A stretch of DNA of 32,944 nucleotides from an uncultured virus (IMG/VR IMGVR_UViG_2695420475_000004) (taxonomy: Duplodnaviria; Heunggongvirae; Uroviricota; Caudoviricetes), in the IMG/VR virus record IMGVR_UViG_2695420475_000004; one strand, given 5' to 3'. How positions within the stretch are numbered: position 1 is the stretch's first letter; each line of letters begins with the position of its first letter. Shown piece after piece: positions 18,511 through 25,345 of this stretch. The notes under the pieces are model-generated. The model was not told where the DNA came from, did not search any database, and was given only the letters and a program-made list of their open reading frames with translations. The translations under genes and the position numbers were made by a program.

Positions 18511-18762
18511 TCAGATCTCTTCGCGTAACTCGGCCGGGACCGCCGGAGTTGGCTTGCCGGGCGCGTGTTGGCGCGCCCACTCCATCCACTCACGGATATA
18601 ACGGACAGCAACGCGCAGTTTGGATCTGAGCTTGTCTCGTTCGGTTTCGACGGCCTTCACATGGGTTTCGAGATTCCGGACGCGTCGCGTGGTCAGCCCC
18701 TGCCAGGCGGTCAGGATGGCGACGATGACCCCGCCAATGGCCTGGATCTGGTCTGGGCTCAC
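18511..18762 (-). CDS. Single-TM plus coiled-coil membrane protein (holin-associated lysis protein candidate, 83 aa)
   Basis: GTGA overlap with the holin. MSPDQIQAIGGVIVAILTAW, then a coiled-coil. Confidence 0.7.
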   Translation of the reverse strand: MSPDQIQAIGGVIVAILTAWQGLTTRRVRNLETHVKAVETERDKLRSKLRVAVRYIREWMEWARQHAPGKPTPAVPAELREEI

Positions 18763-19022
18763 TGGAACGGCCTTCGCGGATGTAGTGAGGCGGTCCCACG
18801 CTCGCCGACATGCACGGCGGCCAGGCACTTGGCGAAGCTCGCCGCTGCCATACCGCCCGCGACGCTGGCAGCGGCCAGCCACGGAAAGTACCGGGCGTCA
18901 ACAGATTGCGTAGCTTCGGCACCAACACCGAGACCGCCACCTACAAGGAACCCTTGTGCCGCAGAACTAACGGTGCGCTCCACCGCGTCCTTCCAGAACT
19001 CCCGGGTAAACAGATCGCTCAC
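18759..19022 (-). CDS. Holin, r1t-like family (87 aa)
   Basis: FWKDAVERTVSSAAQ signature and two hydrophobic segments. Confidence 0.75.
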   Translation of the reverse strand: MSDLFTREFWKDAVERTVSSAAQGFLVGGGLGVGAEATQSVDARYFPWLAAASVAGGMAAASFAKCLAAVHVGERGTASLHPRRPFQ

Positions 19023-19555
19023 GAGTTCATCGCCTCTGAAGCGTGCTTAGCGATGGCCGCGAACACTGCTTCCTTGTTGGGCAGCTCCTTGGTGTCCAGA
19101 CCCTTGGACGCGGCGTAGGCATCGAGCTGCGGCCGCTTCCAGTCCAACTCAGGATCGCCCTCTGGCCAAGCCTTCGGCGCGAAATCACCTGTAGGAAGCG
19201 GCTCCTGGGTGGGTTCGCCGATGGCTGTACCTTCGGCGTCGGTCAAAACCGGTTCAGCGAGCGGTAAGGTCGCGCCCGAGCCGTCGTCGCCCGTGGTCTC
19301 GTCGGTCATTGCTGCTGGCGGTTGGCCATCGTTGGAGTCATCGGCGTCCACTTCGTCGAGCAGGCCGGCCTCGCGGGCATTGCCTTCCGGCACTACGTAG
19401 ACAGCGCGCGGACCCTCGCGGGTCAGTTTCTCGATGGCCTCGGGCGGTGTGCCGACTTCCAGCAGTTTAGCCAATCCGGGGCCGCGCAGCGTCCCGTCGA
19501 CGAAATCGATGGTGGCGAAGCCTTCCTTGACCACAACTTCCACACCAGCAGGCAT
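19019..19555 (-). CDS. Acidic capsid-region protein with small C-terminal helix-extension-helix-like motif (about 178 aa)
   Basis: Follows the pentamer gene. C-terminus DWKRPQLDAYAASKGLDTKELPNKEAVFAAI. Start uncertain (19555 or 19564). Confidence 0.65.
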   Translation of the reverse strand: MPAGVEVVVKEGFATIDFVDGTLRGPGLAKLLEVGTPPEAIEKLTREGPRAVYVVPEGNAREAGLLDEVDADDSNDGQPPAAMTDETTGDDGSGATLPLAEPVLTDAEGTAIGEPTQEPLPTGDFAPKAWPEGDPELDWKRPQLDAYAASKGLDTKELPNKEAVFAAIAKHASEAMNS

Positions 19556-19569
19556 GACATCCAACCCTT

Positions 19570-20343
19570 CTACGTGATGTTCACGGCGCCGATCAGCGCC
19601 TCATATCCGACGACCAGCGACCGCTCGGCGATGGCCTTGAATTCGTTGTGCTGCAGGCTCGGCGCATTGCGCAGCTCCACTGGTCCGCGCCATCCGTAGG
19701 TGGGGCTGGTGGCGATCAGCTTGGAGCCCAGCGCCGAGACGTAGCCGCCGCCGAACACCCAGGTGTTACCCAGCGGTGAAACCAGCCGGCCGTTGTTGTA
19801 GCGGATCAGATTCGCCTGTGCGGCAGGGGCGGCCAACTCCGCCGACGCGTGAATGACCCCGACGGTGCCGGTGTCCGCGATCAGCGCCTCGATGGCGCCG
19901 ATAGCTGCCACGATTCCCGTCTTAGCCGCGGGCGTCCCGGCATCGAGCAGCATGCGGGCCGCGAGCGTCTTCTCTGTCTGGATAGGCTCCAGCACGCGGT
20001 GTACTTGCTGTGCCCGGACCCGGATCTCATCGCGGCTCCGCTTGAGCAGACTGCAGTCGTCCGATGCGTACGTGGTCTGCGCAATGAACGCATCTGGGAA
20101 GGCAGGACGCTCACCCTTTTTGACGTCAGCGGGTTTGAGCTGCGACTCGGTGGCGTTCCATGGTGCGCTCCAGACGCCGAACTGGGTACCGCCGCCGTAG
20201 TTGAATACCCGAAATTGCACGCCGGACGGCAGCCAGCGCAACGGTCCGCTCTCGTCAACCCATTGGGTGGCGGCGATGAGCCCGTTGGGTGCCGGGTTGA
20301 CCAACGGTGCGTCAAACTGCACCGGGGATAGTGCTGCGGTCAT
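19570..20343 (-). CDS. Major capsid pentamer protein (257 aa)
   Basis: Directly after the hexamer gene. GVIH, LVSPLGNTWVFGGGY and AIAERSLVVGYE motifs of the pentamer family. Confidence 0.75.
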   Translation of the reverse strand: MTAALSPVQFDAPLVNPAPNGLIAATQWVDESGPLRWLPSGVQFRVFNYGGGTQFGVWSAPWNATESQLKPADVKKGERPAFPDAFIAQTTYASDDCSLLKRSRDEIRVRAQQVHRVLEPIQTEKTLAARMLLDAGTPAAKTGIVAAIGAIEALIADTGTVGVIHASAELAAPAAQANLIRYNNGRLVSPLGNTWVFGGGYVSALGSKLIATSPTYGWRGPVELRNAPSLQHNEFKAIAERSLVVGYEALIGAVNIT

Positions 20344-20369
20344 GTGGCGCGATTCCTCTCTGCCGGGGA

Positions 20370-20413
20370 AGGCGGGCGGACGTGAATGCCTCGGTTGCTC
20401 ACGCCGCCCGCCT
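20370..20413. promoter_or_regulatory. Strong intergenic hairpin between the hexamer and pentamer capsid genes
   Basis: AGGCGGGCGG(A)CGTGA...TCACGCCGCCCGCCT, 15 bp with one bulge and no U-tract. Confidence 0.7.
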
Positions 20414-20439
20414 CGTCCAATGCGATTCGCCGGGCTCCG

Positions 20440-22218
20440 CTACGGGGTAACAGGCGGCGTGTTGCACGCCACGGTCTGACGAGCGCCGATAGCACCGGAC
20501 ACGCAGATCGGCAGCCGCACAATGATCGACTGATCGCAACGCTTGCCCACCTGCAGCGAGTCCTCGGTGAACACGTGGGTGTACTGGTTGAGCTGCAACT
20601 GCTGCAGCGGGTACTGCACACCCAAGGTGATGACGTTGTTCAGCGTGCGGAACCAGGTGCCGGCGGGGTACAGCATCACGTCGACCGTGGCCGGGTACAC
20701 CACGGTGGCCATGTTGCCGGGCTGGCCCGCGCCGCGGGTCTGCCAATCCACCACGTACTGCAGGTAGATGTCGCGGACCGCCAACCAGTTGTCGATCTCG
20801 GCGTTGGTGACGGCCAGGAATTCCTTGCCCTCACGCAGCGCAAGGTCCCCGCGCAGCACCTCACGGAACCACACCGGCGCAACGCCTTCGATGGTGGCGT
20901 TGTCCGCGAGCCCCTTGTTGTACCGAAGGTTCGACGCCTGCAGCGCCAGACCGTTGAGAACGCCACTAGTTGCTCCCAGCACCGACCCGGCAGGAACCGC
21001 GATCGGAGTGCCCGATCCAGCCACCATCTTGCCGATGGAGATCTGCGAGACGCGGTGCTGGTGGGCGACCTGGATCTGCTGCAATGCGTTCTCGATCGCC
21101 TCGGGCCAGGCTTGGCGCATCAAGATGCCGGCCTTGGCCGCCCAACCGATCGCCTCCAGGCGCCACTCGAGGAACTCGTCCGGGCACGGCAACTCGATGA
21201 GCTTCTTGACCGCGGTCGGATCGCCCTGGGCATTGACAGCTTCGAGTTCGGCTTCGGTGAAGTGCCACAGGTTGTCCAGTAGCGCCGACACATCGGGGCT
21301 GATCGGGACGCGGACACCTCCGCGAGAGAAGTCGAACGGGAAGTCCGGCAGCGACAGCAGATTCGACGCCTCGGGCACACCGCAGAAGGTGTAGACCTGC
21401 TGCGACGGGGCGCACCAACCACCAGCAGCGACCAGGCCCTTCGCGTTCACTGGGCCGTGACCCGGGATGTCGCGGCCGATGGCATCCAGAACCGCGAGCG
21501 CCTCATGCTCATTGGCAGGCGCCGGAATCTCCGGAGCCGGCCGCGTCAGGCGGGCGATCGCCTGGGTCGCGTAGTTGCCGTCAGGGCTCGTGCCGGTGCG
21601 CTGACGGCCCGAGACGGACCCTGCACTTACAGAGGCGATCGACTGAGCAATATCGGCGAAACCGACCTTCTCGGTGCCGAACTCGGCGTATTTCGGTGCG
21701 GACTGCAGCATGTCCCAGCCCTTGGGCGTCTCATCGCCGGGGGTACCGGAAGGGATCTCACTGTTGCGAACTGCGCCTGCGAACTCGACCTGACGGCCCG
21801 AACCTGCGGCAGCGGTGACGGTTTCCGATTCCTCGGCAGCTGCCGCGGTGGCGGCTTCGGCCTCTGCCACCATTTCCGCTGCAGCACCACCGTCACCGTC
21901 TGCGGGGGCTGCCTCGCTGTCTGTCACAGTGTCGGCCGCTGGCTCGGGCTTCTCGGTCGCGGCATTCGCGCGGTCGAGTAGGGCGTTGAGGTTCTCGGTC
22001 TGTGCCTGATCGGCGGCGGCGATCGAATCGCGCTCAGTCACAACCTTGTCGCGGCTGTCGAGCAAGTACTCGAAACGCTCAGTCTCCTCAGCGCTGAACT
22101 CGTCGCTGGCGGCGGCGCGGGCCTGGAATACCCGGATCTCCGCTGTCACTGTGTCAGCCAGCTCGTTGAGCTCGGCGACGGTGGCGGGCAGCGGATCGGG
22201 CAGCTTGTCGAACTTCAC
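20440..22218 (-). CDS. Major capsid (hexamer) protein with N-terminal scaffold/delta domain (592 aa)
   Basis: AGGAG SD. Coiled-coil and acidic N-terminus, then LVAAGGWCAPS at residues 262-272 and an HK97-sized remainder (RGG, KKLIELPCP, AWPE). Confidence 0.9.
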   Translation of the reverse strand: MKFDKLPDPLPATVAELNELADTVTAEIRVFQARAAASDEFSAEETERFEYLLDSRDKVVTERDSIAAADQAQTENLNALLDRANAATEKPEPAADTVTDSEAAPADGDGGAAAEMVAEAEAATAAAAEESETVTAAAGSGRQVEFAGAVRNSEIPSGTPGDETPKGWDMLQSAPKYAEFGTEKVGFADIAQSIASVSAGSVSGRQRTGTSPDGNYATQAIARLTRPAPEIPAPANEHEALAVLDAIGRDIPGHGPVNAKGLVAAGGWCAPSQQVYTFCGVPEASNLLSLPDFPFDFSRGGVRVPISPDVSALLDNLWHFTEAELEAVNAQGDPTAVKKLIELPCPDEFLEWRLEAIGWAAKAGILMRQAWPEAIENALQQIQVAHQHRVSQISIGKMVAGSGTPIAVPAGSVLGATSGVLNGLALQASNLRYNKGLADNATIEGVAPVWFREVLRGDLALREGKEFLAVTNAEIDNWLAVRDIYLQYVVDWQTRGAGQPGNMATVVYPATVDVMLYPAGTWFRTLNNVITLGVQYPLQQLQLNQYTHVFTEDSLQVGKRCDQSIIVRLPICVSGAIGARQTVACNTPPVTP

Positions 22219-22306
22219 TGCGTGCTCCTGTTCTCAGAGTGAAACTCTCGGTCTGTTCGATCGCTCCCCGGCACATAGCGCATGACAGGAACTCTCTTGG
22301 CCGCAG

Positions 22307-22325
22307 AACGTAGAGACGGTGCGTG
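22307..22325 (-). promoter_or_regulatory. Putative late promoter CACGCA-N7-TACGTT with about 80-nt leader (major capsid)
   Basis: Same spacing as the other sites, box matches 4/6. Directly downstream of a terminator. Confidence 0.55.
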
Positions 22326-22351
22326 CACACGCTTTTCGAATAGCAGCCGCC

Positions 22352-22384
22352 AAAAGAGAAACCCGCAGGTCAAAGACCTGCGGG
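22352..22384 (-). terminator. Intrinsic terminator
   Basis: 10-bp stem CCCGCAGGTC/GACCTGCGGG with a 3-nt loop, followed by TTTCTCTTTT on the minus strand. Confidence 0.85.
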
Positions 22385-22416
22385 AATCACTCTGCAGTTA
22401 ACAGCCTTTAAGAAAC

Positions 22417-22596
22417 TCAGCTGGTGATGAGCTTGATGGTGCCGCCACCATTTCGGCGTTGTTCCTTCTTGGCCTCGATGAGCGTCAGGAACGAAGTGAC
22501 CGTCTTATCTGGCGCGGTGTATTCGAAACTCTGCACCGTCGCACCGGAAGACATGACCGAACCGGCGCGTGTGCCCCTGCGGCATCCGCACCCCAT
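22417..22596 (-). CDS. Small 59-aa protein MGCGCRRG...RRNGGGTIKLITS (not in ORF track)
   Basis: TGATG coupling to the protease stop, open to TGA at 22417, followed by a terminator. Confidence 0.75.
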   Translation of the reverse strand: MGCGCRRGTRAGSVMSSGATVQSFEYTAPDKTVTSFLTLIEAKKEQRRNGGGTIKLITS

Positions 22597-24953
22597 CAGG
22601 CACGCTCCAGCAGTTGGCTCATCCGCTCGGCTGGCGATGGCTCCGGCGGCGGATCCCCAACGGCCAATGTCGCACGCGTGAGCAGCGCTGCCCTCTTGGC
22701 AGCATGGGCTGATTCGGCCAAGGCTTCGGTGACGGCTGCCTTGATGTCATCGCGAGACAACACTGTAGTGCCGGGTACTCCTGGGCGCGGCGACATGGAA
22801 GCCACCAACGACAACGGGTTGCCTTGTGCGTCGGTTGTTCTGCGGCACAGGAATCCTGGTGTGTTGACTGCCAGCACGGCAACGAGTTCGAGGTTTCCGC
22901 CGTATGGGCGCCAGTCACCGGACAATGGCGCAGCCAAGCCCATCTCGATCTTGTCCGGCGTCGCCCACGGAGCTGCCACACCCGACACCCAAATTCCGTG
23001 GGCGTCTTCTCCTGCTCGTACGAGCGCAAAGCATGCCTCGGCGTTGTCGTAGTGCGCCTGAGCTTCGGCGTTGCTCACTCCAGACACCGGTGCGTGTCCG
23101 ATGCCCACGGTCAGCCGACCCACCGATAGTTCAGTGCCATCGGACAGGCGCACCGGTGGCGAGGAGTGGAAATGCGCATAGCCGGTGTGCGACCGCGGAG
23201 GCGAGATATGTCCGAGGCCAACGGAACGATGCTTTTCTTTGAAGGTGGCTACATGTCCGAAGATCCGCCCCGTTTCGGGGTCGATCGACAGCGGAGTGGG
23301 TCCAGCGAGCCCGGGGTCGGAGAACAAGACCGGGGCGTACACGCGTGGCTGGAATTTGGCGGCCATCGACGCAACCAGTGCCTTGTCGCGCGCCTCGCGT
23401 TCGGCGTTCAGGGCAAACCTTGTCTGCCCGAAGGCTGGGATGGCCACGATGGTGGTGGCGAGTACTTCGGCAGCCGTTGTAGTGGCGAATATCTCGCGGT
23501 CAGGGTCGTAGTTTTCCTCTGTCACCGCTGTGCCGTCTTGGTAGGTGGCGATCATCGTGACATCACCCAGATCGACGGACGGATTGCACACACCATGACT
23601 CACTAGGTCGATCGCTTTGATGGCGTTGTCGTTGTTGAGCATGTAGCCGTCCGCACGAATCTCGCCGTCTTTGAACCGGATCGCCTCGATGACGCCGACT
23701 GTGACGGACCCGTAGTGGCCGCCTTCCATTTTCTCGCACCACTGAAGCGGCATAGGGGTGTCGCGGAAGGCGAGCTCGATGTCGGCTGCGAGCATCCGAC
23801 CATCGGACGTCGGAGTACCGGTCACCGCGAATAGCGCGTCGGTAAACGTCAAGTAGGTCTCTGTGTCGTCAGCCATTTCGTACTCCTGTTCACTCGGTGC
23901 GGTCCAGCCGCCGGACGCCACGCGCCCGATACCGTCCTCGGTGTCACGGGCACGCACATTGCCCGCCTTGTCTCGGCGCTCAATTTCCTCTGCCTGGGTG
24001 CGCCCATCACGGTTGACTGCCACCGAATCCCGGCCGTCGAGGCGCTCAGTGTGCCGATCAACCTCGTCGGGCAGCTCCTCGCCGGCCGCGAGAATGCCGA
24101 CGCGGCACCGGCAGTTCTTCCACTCCGCGGGCGAAGCCGACATATCGCCCGGGACAAACAGCTGCTCACCGCCAACGGTGAAGTGCCCCTTGAGCGGCAC
24201 TCGCTGCCCGTCAGCGGCCCAGTGCGTCGGCCGGGTCTTGCCGTCCAGGGTGCAGATCCACGTCTTCTCCAGCCCTGCGGACTCTTCCGACTGCGCCGCA
24301 GCGGCGACAACCGCGTTGTTGAGCACATCGGCGGCCTGGTATCCCTGCTGGCGGGCCAGGTCACGCATTTCGTTTGACGACGGCTCCAGGACTTCGGTAG
24401 CCCTGGCGCGCAACACCTCCGGTCGGTCCTCGGGGGTCACTGACAAGGTCAGCGTCGGTTCGGCGAGCGCGGCTTCCATCTTGGCGCGCACCATCGCCGG
24501 TGTAGCCGCGATATTGTCGCGGCGGCTGGCCAGGAAGTCATCGCGCGCAGCGGCGAGCGCCGGGTTCGCTTCGACATGGGCGACGGCGGCGGCGATTTCC
24601 TTGCCGGACATGAGCAGCGAGCCGAGCACGATGGCCAGCACCACGGTGTCGAGGTCGGGCACGACCACGTCGGCGACCGCGCCGCCCAGGCCGATCGTGG
24701 CTTCGTACACCGATGCTGCCCACAAGATGCCGAGGCCGGTCACGATAATGGCTTCGGAGTGCTGGTCCCACATGCTTTGGGTCTGCGTGACGGCGTCAGG
24801 GTCCGGGGGTAACGCAGCTGCCGCAGTCAGTGCGGGCAGCACAGCAGCGCGCGCCTCGGGTGCCCAGCGCCGCAACGTCTCCGCGTACAGGTCGCTGATC
24901 GCCGCTTCGGCCTCGATCGTCCGGGACAGCGCCTCCCCACGCTCAGGCCACAT
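22596..24953 (-). CDS. MuF-like minor head protein / capsid maturation protease fusion (785 aa)
   Basis: MuF motifs KTWICTLDGKTRPTH...NCRC, then a protease-like part (TSDGR, GHYGSVTVG, PSVD, IPAF). Start re-called to ATG 24953 (TGATG overlap). Confidence 0.85.
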   Translation of the reverse strand: MWPERGEALSRTIEAEAAISDLYAETLRRWAPEARAAVLPALTAAAALPPDPDAVTQTQSMWDQHSEAIIVTGLGILWAASVYEATIGLGGAVADVVVPDLDTVVLAIVLGSLLMSGKEIAAAVAHVEANPALAAARDDFLASRRDNIAATPAMVRAKMEAALAEPTLTLSVTPEDRPEVLRARATEVLEPSSNEMRDLARQQGYQAADVLNNAVVAAAAQSEESAGLEKTWICTLDGKTRPTHWAADGQRVPLKGHFTVGGEQLFVPGDMSASPAEWKNCRCRVGILAAGEELPDEVDRHTERLDGRDSVAVNRDGRTQAEEIERRDKAGNVRARDTEDGIGRVASGGWTAPSEQEYEMADDTETYLTFTDALFAVTGTPTSDGRMLAADIELAFRDTPMPLQWCEKMEGGHYGSVTVGVIEAIRFKDGEIRADGYMLNNDNAIKAIDLVSHGVCNPSVDLGDVTMIATYQDGTAVTEENYDPDREIFATTTAAEVLATTIVAIPAFGQTRFALNAEREARDKALVASMAAKFQPRVYAPVLFSDPGLAGPTPLSIDPETGRIFGHVATFKEKHRSVGLGHISPPRSHTGYAHFHSSPPVRLSDGTELSVGRLTVGIGHAPVSGVSNAEAQAHYDNAEACFALVRAGEDAHGIWVSGVAAPWATPDKIEMGLAAPLSGDWRPYGGNLELVAVLAVNTPGFLCRRTTDAQGNPLSLVASMSPRPGVPGTTVLSRDDIKAAVTEALAESAHAAKRAALLTRATLAVGDPPPEPSPAERMSQLLERA

Positions 24954-25345
24954 CAGAGCCACACCACCGACGCGACGTTGATCAGCATGTGAATCACGTT
25001 GTCGGCGATAATGAGCAGCCACACCGCAAGCCAATCGGGGCGAGCAGCGCCGTGCCCTGTCGCGGTGCGGGTCGGCCGGAACGCCCGCGGCGCCAACTGA
25101 TTCTTGAACCACACCACATGCCGCGCCAGCCGATAACGGTCGATCACCGCGTGCGTACCGACGATCACCACTAGCGCAAGCACCGACTGCGTGATGAACA
25201 CGAACGGCAACCCATAGGTCACTGCGTGCGCAATAGCGGGCCACCAGCGTTTTGTCTTCTCCTGGGCCATCCAGTCGGACTGAATGAGGTAATCCCCCAC
25301 CATGTGCGCCAGTCCTGCCAACGCAATCGCTGACGCGATTCCCAT
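24953..25345 (-). CDS. DUF3307-like polytopic membrane protein (130 aa)
   Basis: HxxGDYxxQ, H, HxxID and DNxxH pattern within hydrophobic helices. TGATG-coupled at both ends. Confidence 0.75.
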   Translation of the reverse strand: MGIASAIALAGLAHMVGDYLIQSDWMAQEKTKRWWPAIAHAVTYGLPFVFITQSVLALVVIVGTHAVIDRYRLARHVVWFKNQLAPRAFRPTRTATGHGAARPDWLAVWLLIIADNVIHMLINVASVVWL

